Virus record (IMG/VR): IMGVR_UViG_3300042518_001688
Coordinates: 1 to 64,000 of that record
Reading direction: 5' to 3' (one strand)
Origin: a virus
Length of the DNA: 64,000 nt
Of this stretch, positions 1-9,054 are shown piece after piece (positions within the stretch are counted from its first letter, which is position 1; every line of letters starts with the position of its first letter). Position numbers and translations under genes: made by a program. A model generated the notes under the pieces. It made no database searches. It was not told the origin of the DNA and worked only from the letters and a program-made list of their open reading frames with translations.

Positions 1-44
1 GTCCGAGTGGTTCTCGGACGAAACACTCTCTTGAGTGTCGCGGG
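1..44 (+). ncRNA. Hammerhead ribozyme copy 1 (5' part outside window)
   Basis: Identical to stem II-GAAAC-stem III-GTC-GCGG of copy 2; the CTGATGA core would lie before base 1. Confidence 0.6.
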
Positions 45-192
45 AAACCGCACATCATTCCTCTAAATGATGTTTGCTGATTAGCTTAGGTCTCATCAAC
101 CTAAGCTTTCTTCGGGGTGTAGCCGAAAGGGTAAGCAAGTGAGTAAAGTAATTGAGAAGATTCTAGCTATTGGAGAATAATCAAAAAACTAA

Positions 193-248
193 TCCGCCTG
201 ATGAGTCCGAGTGGTTCTCGGACGAAACACTCTCTTGAGTGTCGCGGG
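193..248 (+). ncRNA. Type I hammerhead ribozyme, predicted cleavage after C243
   Basis: TCCGC-CTGATGA-GTCCGAG(tggtt)CTCGGAC-GAAAC-ACTC(tctt)GAGT-GTC-GCGGG: complete core and three stems. Confidence 0.92.
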
Positions 249-316
249 AAACCGCACATCATTCCTCTAAATGATGTTTGCTGATTAGCTTAGGTCTCAT
301 CAACCTAAGCTTTCTT

Positions 317-411
317 CGGGGTGTAGCCGAATTGGAACAGGCGTAATTCCCAGTAAACATGAACGATGTGGTGATTCTATCCATGTGGGTTCGAGTCCCG
401 TCACCCCGACC
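317..411 (+). tRNA. tRNA-like element with non-canonical anticodon/variable region
   Basis: Acceptor CGGGGTG/CACCCCG-A-CC, D-arm GCC-GAATTGGAACA-GGC, T-arm GTGGG-TTCGAGT-CCCGT; no standard anticodon stem-loop. Confidence 0.65.
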
Positions 412-415
412 TGTC

Positions 416-442
416 CGACCTGAGTACGTCGTTAAACTGCTT
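416..442 (+). ncRNA. Small H-type pseudoknot motif
   Basis: CGAC-CTGAGTAC-GTCG stem; loop GAGTA can pair with downstream TGCTT; related GACCTGAGCAAGTC at 4463-4476. Confidence 0.45.
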
Positions 443-457
443 CTGTGTACGTTAATT

Positions 458-487
458 GGTTGCCTTTATCTTTGGCAACCTTTTCTT
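458..487 (+). terminator. Intrinsic terminator closing the RNA cassette
   Basis: GGTTGCC-9nt-GGCAACC-TTTTCTT. Confidence 0.7.
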
Positions 488-561
488 CAAAGTCGAAATA
501 GAAGCAATATCTATCTGCATGGGATAGCTACCCATGTACTGATGATGACAAGCTAAGAAAA

Positions 562-891
562 ATGACAGATACAGATTTTTCATTGGAACAAGAGTTCCGC
601 ATCTCCCACGATGGGAGACTCATCGTAGTTGACTACGATGAAACAGACGGAGAACCCGTCTGGTTTGAAGACGGGGCAAATGAAGTGTTTGATTTCTGGA
701 TGGGTGAAGACCCTTCCGGGGTATTGTCGGCCATCTGGTATGACAAAGCCTTGTACTCGGCCAAAGCCAAGCCCGTGTTAGATACGTCCGAGCTAACCGA
801 GCTAAAGGAGGGCGATCCAATGCTGCTCTCCCACCCAGAAAACTTTGAGTTCCCACTCCAGTGGGACTTAGTTCGAGGTTTCTTAGGGTAG
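562..891 (+). CDS. Hypothetical acidic phage protein
   Basis: 109-aa ORF starting the + strand cluster. Confidence 0.7.
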   Translation: MTDTDFSLEQEFRISHDGRLIVVDYDETDGEPVWFEDGANEVFDFWMGEDPSGVLSAIWYDKALYSAKAKPVLDTSELTELKEGDPMLLSHPENFEFPLQWDLVRGFLG

Positions 892-1089
892 GGTAATGCC
901 CCTCATAATTTTAAAGATAAAGGATGGTTTCAATCTTAATAACCATCCTTGCCTGACTAGAAAGGCTGGTATTGGAAATTATCTTTTGATATGCCATATA
1001 CCCCAGCCACAGATACAAAGCTTAAAAATAGATCCTTGCGTTGAATCGTTAAGGATTGAGAAATGGCTAAAAACTTATTTTAAAGACAA

Positions 1090-1500
1090 ATGAACGACGA
1101 ATTTCTGAAAAAGGCAATAGATTGGGCTTCTGCGAATAAGCCTGATGCAAGCATGAGCCACAAAGCAGCTTTCGCCAATTCTGTGGCTTACCTTTGCTCC
1201 GGCTGGAGCGGAGGTTATGGTGGACCCTCAATGAGGGAGCATCTTTGCTCTTGGGCATTAGCTGGAGATGAAGGACTGAATGAAACAGCAAGTCTCAATG
1301 GGCTTGCCATAACGATTCAATTCCCTGACAACAGGCTACCCCGCCCTGGACATTGGAGATTTGAGGAAGCAGTCAAGTTCTGCGAACCTCTCTGCTTTGA
1401 ACCAGCACAGAAGCATTTGAAAATTTTAGTGCAAATCTCCGAAAGAGAGCATTGCTTCGACGATGACCCCGAAGATATCAAAGTATTGCGGGGAAAGTAG
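1090..1500 (+). CDS. Hypothetical protein
   Basis: 136-aa ORF, co-oriented, overlapping start/stop. Confidence 0.7.
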   Translation: MNDEFLKKAIDWASANKPDASMSHKAAFANSVAYLCSGWSGGYGGPSMREHLCSWALAGDEGLNETASLNGLAITIQFPDNRLPRPGHWRFEEAVKFCEPLCFEPAQKHLKILVQISEREHCFDDDPEDIKVLRGK

Positions 1501-1568
1501 TTAAGTTAGTTAATGGCTGTTACTCCCTAGAACCAGCCAGAAAACTAACATCAAATCTTCTTGAATAT

Positions 1569-1739
1569 GTGTTGTCGGTGGCGCGTATTCAGGAAGGGGC
1601 AAACATCTGTAGAGGACTAAAAAATCCTTACACGGTGTGCTGTAAACATCTTGCAGTTCAAAATCGTTCTGGCTACTGCAAGAACCACCGTCACCAGTCA
1701 CCTTCCCAAAAGGCGGCTGTGAAAAAAGCCAGAAAGTAA
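1569..1739 (+). CDS. Small Zn-finger-tail protein (not in ORF track; start uncertain)
   Basis: ...TVCCKHLAVQNRSGYCKNHRHQSPSQKAAVKKARK*; same VC-x3-L-x7-YC-x2-H-x4-P spacing as the tails of the 18479 and 19999 ORFs. Confidence 0.6.
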   Translation: MLSVARIQEGANICRGLKNPYTVCCKHLAVQNRSGYCKNHRHQSPSQKAAVKKARK

Positions 1740-1792
1740 ACCCGTCCATGTTCGATTCGATTATCGGGCATGGGCGATCGCAAACCACTAAT

Positions 1793-2143
1793 ATGACTAC
1801 TTACCAAGACCACTACGAACACTCGAACCCCCTGTTCCCCCTGGTGTCCAAATACGTGTACCAAGAGGAATGGGACAGGCTGAAAAGCCTGGGGGCGAAG
1901 ATTGTCCCCGAACAGGAGCTATGCCCGGACGCATACTTCGCGGGTGACGACGACCCCACCATATCTGTTCCTGTAATTGAGTTTAAAGGGGTCAAATATG
2001 ATCGCTTTATGAACTTGATCAGACAAGTTCATGGCGATCGCGCCGCTCAGGAGTTAATCAATATTTGGAACAAGCAATTATTGGCAGACCGGCGATCGCG
2101 CTGGTCAATCAGCCAGTCAAACCCGGCAAGTTGGGACAGGTAA
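1793..2143 (+). CDS. Hypothetical protein
   Basis: ORF; start moved to MTTYQD because the upstream ATG is part of the TCGA palindrome. Confidence 0.65.
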   Translation: MTTYQDHYEHSNPLFPLVSKYVYQEEWDRLKSLGAKIVPEQELCPDAYFAGDDDPTISVPVIEFKGVKYDRFMNLIRQVHGDRAAQELINIWNKQLLADRRSRWSISQSNPASWDR

Positions 2144-2191
2144 GATATTCCTGCCAATGTTCGACTCGAATATTGGCGGACCCATTGGTAA

Positions 2192-3232
2192 TTGAAGTGG
2201 TTATTTCAGTTACCAATGGGTTTGTTTCCAGTGAGTCAACCCAATCCAATAGAGCCTATGCAAGCAAACGGTGAATTCTATCCCGCCATCCTCTTGATTG
2301 AGGTTTGGTGGGTAGGTAAAGATCAGCCCGTCATGATGAGGGCTGCTGGGTTTGTACCTAATGGGTACGGCGATGCTTGGGTTCGCCAATGTAAAACCCA
2401 AGAGGAATTTGATAAGTGGCGTTCGCACTCTCTAGCACTTATCAAAAGGTTCAATGGTCGGGCTCTTGATGTTACTCAATGGCGACCTAGACAACCTGAA
2501 CCTATCCCAACCCCAGTAGTTGACATGGAATCAATTGCCAACAAAATAAAGAAACTGTTGGCATTATCCCAGTCACCTAACGAAGCGGAGGCGATCGCTG
2601 CTTCACAAAAAGCCCAGGAACTGTTGACCCGCCATAATTTATCAATGGCGGATTTAGCTGACTCCTCTCAAGAGGATGTTGAAAGGTACGAGCTAGAAAC
2701 CTTTTCCAAGTTCGTTGGATGGAAAAGTCACTTGGCTGCTGGCGTTGCTAAATACAACGTCTGCAAGTGTATCCTGTCTGAAATCGAGGGGAAAAGTATT
2801 GTATTCATTGGCAGGTCAAGTAATTGTAAAGTTGCTGCACTGCAATATGAATACCTTGCTTCTACCATTGACCGATTAGCTAAAGAGCAGGAAGGCGATC
2901 GCTCTTACAAGAATGCCTTTCGATTGGGTGCTGCCGACAGGATATCCAAGAGGCTGGAATACTTGCGGATAGAACAAGAAGAAGATGGGCTTGAGTCAGA
3001 TGATGGCAATATATCAGCCATTGTCATCACCTCTTTGCACAAAAGACTTGAGGGTGAGATAGATGCTTTTTACAAATCTTACCTGAAGTCAAATAAAATA
3101 ACGAGTCGCGCAGTCAGGGGATCGTCATACTCGTCAAGAGGTGGCTATGCTGCTGGCGATCGCGCCGGTCAATCAGTAAGTCTCAACAAACAAGTTGGGG
3201 CAGGTAATCAGAAACAGTTAGGAGGCAGATAA
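2192..3232 (+). CDS. DUF2786-domain protein
   Basis: KIKKLLALSQSPNEAEAIAASQKAQELLTRHNL and C-terminal GYAAGDRAG pattern. Confidence 0.8.
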   Translation: MKWLFQLPMGLFPVSQPNPIEPMQANGEFYPAILLIEVWWVGKDQPVMMRAAGFVPNGYGDAWVRQCKTQEEFDKWRSHSLALIKRFNGRALDVTQWRPRQPEPIPTPVVDMESIANKIKKLLALSQSPNEAEAIAASQKAQELLTRHNLSMADLADSSQEDVERYELETFSKFVGWKSHLAAGVAKYNVCKCILSEIEGKSIVFIGRSSNCKVAALQYEYLASTIDRLAKEQEGDRSYKNAFRLGAADRISKRLEYLRIEQEEDGLESDDGNISAIVITSLHKRLEGEIDAFYKSYLKSNKITSRAVRGSSYSSRGGYAAGDRAGQSVSLNKQVGAGNQKQLGGR

Positions 3233-3406
3233 ATGGAAGTACAAATTAACGTAAAAATGGACAACTCAGCTTTCGTTGATAACGAAAATGAGTTAAAAGA
3301 AATTCTGATAAAAATTGCAGACAAAGTAGTAAAGCAACAGCAGCTATCAGGTACGGTCAATGATAGCAACGGAAACCGAGTAGCTACATTCTCTGTTGAA
3401 GATTAG
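3233..3406 (+). CDS. Small phage protein (57 aa, not in track)
   Basis: GGAGG RBS; MEVQINVKMDNSAF...DSNGNRVATFSVED. Confidence 0.75.
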   Translation: MEVQINVKMDNSAFVDNENELKEILIKIADKVVKQQQLSGTVNDSNGNRVATFSVED

Positions 3407-3473
3407 TCAAAAGCGATCGCCCCTCCGACCAAGAAGCAAGCGATCGCCTAGTCCACATCACAGGAATAATGAA

Positions 3474-3602
3474 ATGAGACTAGCAGCAAAGTATATCTTG
3501 ATTGCGGTCATCTTGATCATCTCTGCGAGAGATGATCAGACAGGGGACTGCCTGAGACGTGGTGACTGCAAGAATTTGAGGGTAGAGTGGACAAAATCAT
3601 AA
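3474..3602 (+). CDS. Small protein with signal-peptide-like N-terminus
   Basis: AGGA RBS; MRLAAKYILIAVILIISA followed by GDCLRRGDC. Confidence 0.55.
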   Translation: MRLAAKYILIAVILIISARDDQTGDCLRRGDCKNLRVEWTKS

Positions 3603-4081
3603 AAAGATCCTTCCCTGATCAGGAATGGAAATTTTTTGATGATGGTAAAACAGCCGTCTCCCAGACTAGCAAATTTACCATCAGAGAACTTGATTCTGGT
3701 GACTTCGTAGGGACGCTGAAGATACCAGCTAGTTTCTACACTGACCATTCCTATGAGGTCACTATACAAGATGATTCGTTGGAGTTCGTTTGCCAACGCT
3801 TCCTTGAATGGGGTCAATGCCGAACTGTTGACCATGATGACTGGATTGATCAGGCGATCGCGCTCTTTGGAGACAAACACCTCGATTGGCGGTTTAAATG
3901 CCCCAAGTGCGGGCAAAGCCAGTCTATTGGCGAGTGCCATAAGTGGGGGATGACAGGACTTCAACCCATGCAACTGTGTGGGAATTGCGGTCACTGCATC
4001 CCTCCGATCAATCCAGTAGTGATTGAGACAAAAGTTTGCAATCACTACGAACGAACCTATGTTTTTGAGTTTAAGGAGTAA
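3587..4081 (+). CDS. Zn-ribbon protein (VVA0879-like C-terminus)
   Basis: WRFKCPKCG...CGNCGHC. Confidence 0.6.
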   Translation: MDKIIKRSFPDQEWKFFDDGKTAVSQTSKFTIRELDSGDFVGTLKIPASFYTDHSYEVTIQDDSLEFVCQRFLEWGQCRTVDHDDWIDQAIALFGDKHLDWRFKCPKCGQSQSIGECHKWGMTGLQPMQLCGNCGHCIPPINPVVIETKVCNHYERTYVFEFKE

Positions 4082-4083
4082 GA

Positions 4084-4449
4084 ATGGAAATCAGAGAACA
4101 GATGGGTATGGTCAATGATTACATTGGTTTTACTCCTGTTAATTACATAGCCAGGGATGGTTATGTAGTGGGATTCATTGACTTTACAGGTGAATCTTAT
4201 GTCGCAGTTAAATTAAATGATGAGGGAGTTGTGTTGAGCGATCGCCAACTCCCCTGGCACGACAAGATCGCCGCAATCTTCCAATCAAACTCCCAATGGT
4301 GGGGGGAAGATGGGGAAGATACTCTAGACTTTCTATGTGAGGGATTATGGTGCGCCGGGTTTATCTCCTTTGACTCTCCAGAGTCACATGAAATTTATTT
4401 AGAATTCTGGAACAGGGTAGCGAGCTACCCTATGGCGAACGGGTCATAA
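4084..4449 (+). CDS. Hypothetical protein
   Basis: AAGGAG RBS, 121 aa. Confidence 0.75.
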   Translation: MEIREQMGMVNDYIGFTPVNYIARDGYVVGFIDFTGESYVAVKLNDEGVVLSDRQLPWHDKIAAIFQSNSQWWGEDGEDTLDFLCEGLWCAGFISFDSPESHEIYLEFWNRVASYPMANGS

Positions 4450-4588
4450 TCGAATCGAACACGACCTGAGCAAGTCAGAAAGAAGTTAATCTTGATGAAT
4501 TTTGTGAGTTTTAGCAGGAAATAGCGATCGCACGGGGTAACTAAGTGCGATGTTCGATTCGATTATTAAACCGAGGAGACAAAAAGCA

Positions 4589-5023
4589 ATGAAAGTATCT
4601 GAGTTACACCAATTAATCGGTCGCCCTGCTTTTAATATTGGCGATCGAGTTATCCACTCTTATGAAGTTGGTTGGGTATCCCACATCAACTTAAATCACG
4701 AAAAGAAACAGTACATCTATATGGTGGTAAACGAGGAAGGCGCGTACATCAATGGCACAGCAACAAATAGCGGGTTTTCTATCGAAGAAATCAAACCCGA
4801 TGAAGGAGAATTAGCCGATGTGTCTAATTGCTATCCTTGCCGATCGCTGTTTTTAAGAGCCTCTGGTAATCGCCCTGCTGTTAAAGTCAATAAATCATGT
4901 CATCTTGATTCAAGTAAGGATAGATGGATTTGCTGGTTGCTTGAGAACGGTGAATGGCAAATCAAAGGGGAGTTCAAAGATCCCGATGATGCGATCATGA
5001 TGGCTATGTCATACAGAAAATGA
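4589..5023 (+). CDS. Hypothetical protein
   Basis: GAGGAG RBS before MKVSE. Confidence 0.75.
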   Translation: MKVSELHQLIGRPAFNIGDRVIHSYEVGWVSHINLNHEKKQYIYMVVNEEGAYINGTATNSGFSIEEIKPDEGELADVSNCYPCRSLFLRASGNRPAVKVNKSCHLDSSKDRWICWLLENGEWQIKGEFKDPDDAIMMAMSYRK

Positions 5024-7095
5024 ATCTGACAAATAGAGAGTATTTGGAGGCAGCGATCGCCTCTATCAAAATCCTCCGCAAACAATCCCCCTTAACGGAA
5101 CAAGAAAGGGGGATTTTGCTTGCATTCCCTGGGGGTGGCATCCTCAAGGAGTGCGGGGTTTTCACCGACGACGATAAACCCCGTTGGTTAGTTGAGGGTC
5201 GGGAGGAGTTGCGATCGCTCCTCACCAATGAAGAATGGGAAGGGATACAGAATAGTGGGATGCAAAACTCCCACTACACCTTACCCCAAATACGTCAAGC
5301 TATGTGGGAGGCACTACTGCCATTAATAGAAGATCCTTGTGTTCTCAGGGTGCTTGATCCTGGATGTGGTACGGCTGGTTTTCTTTGGGATATGCCCAAT
5401 GATGACCGACTCACGTATTACGGCATTGACAAGGACGTTTTGCCTGTTGCGATCGCCCGGAAAGCGATAGGCAAAAGCAAGCACCAACTGGTAAAGCAGG
5501 ATTTCTTGCAACATGATCCCATGTTTCCTTATGGTGCTGCCATCGGCAATGTTCCGTTTGTTAATGGCGTTAACTCAATGGTGTTAGAGGGCAAGAAATT
5601 GGGTATTGCTATTCATGCCCAATTCTTCATTAAGTCCGTCCAGTTACTAGCACCTGGCGCACCTCTAATGTTCCTCACCTCAACTACGACACTTGATGCT
5701 AGGGGTGAGGATTACGTCTGGTTTCGCCGATGGTTGCACAGAAAATGTGAGTTCATCGGTGCGTTGAGATTACCTGCGGATGCCGTTCATCATGGCAACA
5801 CTCAGGTAACAACTGATTTGATTATCCTTCGTCGTCGCAAGGGTAAGGATTGCAATGAACCCGATACTAATTGGATTGAAGTGGTGGAAAGTGATTTGAT
5901 TAATCCCCACTACAACATCCCTGTGTTGTACAACCAATGGTTCATTGATAATCCCTGGTGTTTGTTAGGCGATCGCACTATTTCCAAAGTGCGAGGTAAA
6001 AACGGCAATCCTACCAATTGCCTTGCAATTCAATCTCGTCCAAATTTCGCAAAAGAATTGCGTGAGTCCTTAGCAAAACTCACGCATCAAAACAACGTAT
6101 CTAACAAGGAGAATCATATCATGGCTACATTAATCCCTGCTGATAAGTTCCAGTCTTATTCCGTTTTCTCTTTCATTCTCAGAGAGAATCCAAAACAACA
6201 AGGGGTTGAGATTCATTTCCCCCCTGAGTATGTAGCGGAAAGCGATGCTGAAAAAACCCTGTTAGAGCAAATTAAGTCTAAGGGGCTTGTCGCTGCTAAG
6301 TCTAATCCTTCGTTGTTCTACATCAAGCCCCGAACATCGGAAGAACACGCTCAACTAATGGCATATATGCGTAAGAAGGTAGCAGCTTGTTCTAAGTGGG
6401 GGGCTTGTGAATTAGATGCCGACACACCTGTGGAAGAAATTAAGCCGCGCCGTCGCTGGGGAGGCAACAAGGAAAACAAGCCCGTTGAACCTGTCGCTAC
6501 TCCTACGTCTGCTCCCATTGTGGATGCGATCGCCCAACGACTACAGCCGATGTTCGATGAATTGGCTAGTAAAATCCAAGTTCCTGCTGCTGACCCCAAA
6601 GAGTTGCAGGAGGCACAAGCGAAACTTACTGACTACCTGCACAGGTGGCAGAAGGATCAAGAAACTTTTAAGACGTTAAAATCGGAGGTGGATGTCTTTG
6701 TTGGTCTTAACGAAGAATTGAAAAGAGACAATGAGGATTTGCGATCGCAGCTTGCAGATGTTACCGCAAAAATCGTTGAACTCAATGGCACGGTTCATGA
6801 GTTACAAACGGAATTGAAAGAAACCAGGGAAGCTGATATAGAACTCATGAGGCAAGTTGAATCCTTGCAAGAAAAAAACGAGGGATTGCGATCGCAACTT
6901 GCAGAGTTTGGTGTTGGTGTAACCCAACAACCCGAACCTGACCTGGTTGACGATGAACCTGACTTGCAGGATGAACCTGACTTGCAGGATGAACCTGACT
7001 TGAGTGACGACGAAGACCTCCCCTCTGCATTCCAACCCCAATCATCTGATGACGATGATGAAGATGGCTTCAACATAGCGTTACTGGGGGAGTAA
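5020..7095 (+). CDS. DarB-like N6-adenine methyltransferase fragment, in frame with a coiled-coil/acidic protein (internal start 6121)
   Basis: HYT, VLDPGCGTAGF, GNVPF, RLP, TQVTTDLIIL; internal AAGGAG-ATG at 6121; DEPDLQ repeats. Confidence 0.8.
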   Translation: MNLTNREYLEAAIASIKILRKQSPLTEQERGILLAFPGGGILKECGVFTDDDKPRWLVEGREELRSLLTNEEWEGIQNSGMQNSHYTLPQIRQAMWEALLPLIEDPCVLRVLDPGCGTAGFLWDMPNDDRLTYYGIDKDVLPVAIARKAIGKSKHQLVKQDFLQHDPMFPYGAAIGNVPFVNGVNSMVLEGKKLGIAIHAQFFIKSVQLLAPGAPLMFLTSTTTLDARGEDYVWFRRWLHRKCEFIGALRLPADAVHHGNTQVTTDLIILRRRKGKDCNEPDTNWIEVVESDLINPHYNIPVLYNQWFIDNPWCLLGDRTISKVRGKNGNPTNCLAIQSRPNFAKELRESLAKLTHQNNVSNKENHIMATLIPADKFQSYSVFSFILRENPKQQGVEIHFPPEYVAESDAEKTLLEQIKSKGLVAAKSNPSLFYIKPRTSEEHAQLMAYMRKKVAACSKWGACELDADTPVEEIKPRRRWGGNKENKPVEPVATPTSAPIVDAIAQRLQPMFDELASKIQVPAADPKELQEAQAKLTDYLHRWQKDQETFKTLKSEVDVFVGLNEELKRDNEDLRSQLADVTAKIVELNGTVHELQTELKETREADIELMRQVESLQEKNEGLRSQLAEFGVGVTQQPEPDLVDDEPDLQDEPDLQDEPDLSDDEDLPSAFQPQSSDDDDEDGFNIALLGE
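6952..7003 (+). repeat. 18-bp tandem repeat (DEPDLQ, ~3 copies)
   Basis: GATGAACCTGACTTGCAG units. Confidence 0.85.
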
Positions 7096-7121
7096 CCAGG
7101 GATTATTCATCAATTATTCAG

Positions 7122-7481
7122 ATGTTCGACAAAGCATCCGAGCGTCTGAAAACCCCCAAAGTTACCTTCAGTGATTACCAACTGTACCGCACCAAATCAG
7201 GCAGATACCCTGGTGCGGTATATGTGCAACCTAATCATGGTGATGGATGGTATGCCAGGATTGAGCGTGATGGTTCATTGACCCTCAATCCTGGTCAATA
7301 CAAGAAGGGGTTAGAGGATGAATTATCCTTGCTGGCGCAAAACCCAGTAAAATTCGCTGCTGATTATGGCAAGAGGTCAGGTAGTTGTTGTTTTTGCCAC
7401 ACTACCCTGACCAATCCATTATCCCTGTCGGTTGGCTATGGACCAGTCTGCGCCGGTCGGTATGGGATGCCTTACGGCTAA
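7122..7481 (+). CDS. DUF6011-like Zn-binding protein
   Basis: CCFCHTTLTNPLSLSVGYGPVCA. Confidence 0.75.
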   Translation: MFDKASERLKTPKVTFSDYQLYRTKSGRYPGAVYVQPNHGDGWYARIERDGSLTLNPGQYKKGLEDELSLLAQNPVKFAADYGKRSGSCCFCHTTLTNPLSLSVGYGPVCAGRYGMPYG

Positions 7482-7621
7482 AACCGCACGGGGTGACTAA
7501 GTACTTCGAGATTAAATAACAGGAACAGCGATCGCCCCTCGGTAGATCGCATTCCCCCAATGGTAGCTAATCGGTGATTGGCTTTCATTGGGGGAATTTT
7601 GTTTCACACCCCATAAGGACA

Positions 7622-7891
7622 ATGACAATTGAAATTAACGTTGGATGCACTCAATACTCCAACTACGCTAACGCACGGGTCGAAGGGAACTTGGATGACT
7701 CTATAGAAGTAAATAGTCAAGAAGCTTTAGGCGCGATCGCTATTGCTTCTCTTAAACACCTGATGGTAACTGGACAACTGAAGTTAGTCTTAAATGGCAA
7801 AGAAGTTATCACCCAGGAGTTAGATGAAACCCCGTACCAAGACTTCTTTGAAGACTGTCAGTGGTTCTATGACCACGACATCATGAAATAA
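7622..7891 (+). CDS. Hypothetical protein
   Basis: AAGGA RBS. Confidence 0.65.
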   Translation: MTIEINVGCTQYSNYANARVEGNLDDSIEVNSQEALGAIAIASLKHLMVTGQLKLVLNGKEVITQELDETPYQDFFEDCQWFYDHDIMK

Positions 7892-8003
7892 ACAAATTAC
7901 CCGGAAGAAATTTCGCCGCCTTCCGGGGTTAAAATTCTCACCCAAATCTCATGTTCGACTAGGACATGGGATTTTCTTTATCAACAAACCAAGGAGTAAA
8001 AGA

Positions 8004-8297
8004 ATGCAATTACAATTAATCAAACAACAAGAAAATAACGTAACTCATGTTTCAGTCCAAATTACTGATCAACTCAGCGATCGCCTAATTCCTGTTGGAA
8101 GTGTGGAACAAGTTGATGGTTTGTGGTGCGCCTGTTTCTATCGCAATAACTATCGCATTATCTCTCATTGTCGAGAGGAAAGAGACGCAATTATTTACAT
8201 GATTCAATACGCCGTAGTTGGCGATAAAATCTCTACAGACGAGTATCACCAACTATGGAATGTCTTGTTTCCAGAAGATGCAGTAGTTATTAGATAG
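8004..8297 (+). CDS. Hypothetical protein
   Basis: AAGGAG RBS. Confidence 0.75.
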   Translation: MQLQLIKQQENNVTHVSVQITDQLSDRLIPVGSVEQVDGLWCACFYRNNYRIISHCREERDAIIYMIQYAVVGDKISTDEYHQLWNVLFPEDAVVIR

Positions 8298-8304
8298 AGC
8301 AACA

Positions 8305-8583
8305 ATGGAACTAAAACTTAGAAGAAAACCTTGTACAGATTGCCCCTTTCATGATGGTGGTGTTGAATTAACACCGGAATACATGAGCCATGTTATTCAA
8401 TATCTATCGGAAGGCGTGAACCACATCTGCCACACAACAAATAAGCACGTTTGTCATGGAGGTAGAGAGTTGCAATTAAAAATGTTTGTAGCTCAAGGCA
8501 AGATAGAAAAGCCTATAAATGAGTCGCTATTTGAGGCGATGAGGGAATTGGGAATAGAACCTACTCACACTTACGAAGACTAG
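8305..8583 (+). CDS. Cys/His-rich phage protein
   Basis: KPCTDCPF...HICH...VCHG. Confidence 0.7.
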   Translation: MELKLRRKPCTDCPFHDGGVELTPEYMSHVIQYLSEGVNHICHTTNKHVCHGGRELQLKMFVAQGKIEKPINESLFEAMRELGIEPTHTYED

Positions 8584-8603
8584 GAGAAAACAAGGAGAAA
8601 ACA

Positions 8604-8996
8604 ATGATTGAACTATTTTGGACGGGGAATAAAATCCCGCGTGGGTATGAAGAGTTTGAAATGACTTGGAATACCGAACAGTTTGTAGAAGAGGTGATAA
8701 TTCCAAACTACAACCCAAACGAAAAAGATAAATTGGAGGAACTAAAACTTTTTGCTCCCGTAGAAAAAGGAGAAATTCTTTATTACGAAGCTTATTGGGG
8801 TTTTCACCCCAGAGAATCAGGTGATTTAGACCTGAATCTAGACATATTCGCATTGGTAGAACCAAGCGAAATCGTTAAAGCAGACCGTAAAGATTATGGC
8901 TATGGAGAGAATATTAGCCTGTGGGGAATTGCGCCCACATCTTTAAGACACTGGATTAAAAAAATAGACGAGGATATGGATATATTCCCTCGCTAA
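8604..8996 (+). CDS. Hypothetical protein
   Basis: AAGGAG RBS. Confidence 0.75.
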   Translation: MIELFWTGNKIPRGYEEFEMTWNTEQFVEEVIIPNYNPNEKDKLEELKLFAPVEKGEILYYEAYWGFHPRESGDLDLNLDIFALVEPSEIVKADRKDYGYGENISLWGIAPTSLRHWIKKIDEDMDIFPR

Positions 8997-9054
8997 AAAG
9001 CTCACAACCGCACGAAGTAACTAAGTGCAACTAACAACCAAAGGAGCAAAAACA

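Larger units (their letters stand above)
1..331 (+). repeat. Exact 127-bp direct repeat (1-127 = 205-331), 204-bp period
   Basis: Direct comparison; the copies diverge after TAGCCGAA. Confidence 0.95.

Noticed and set aside
359-556. 65-aa ORF in track
   Set aside because: Overlaps the tRNA-like element, pseudoknot and terminator; no RBS
1748-1764. MFDS... N-termini shared by ORFs at 1748, 4550 and 32716 as a protein motif
   Set aside because: They are translations of the DNA palindrome; better starts lie downstream
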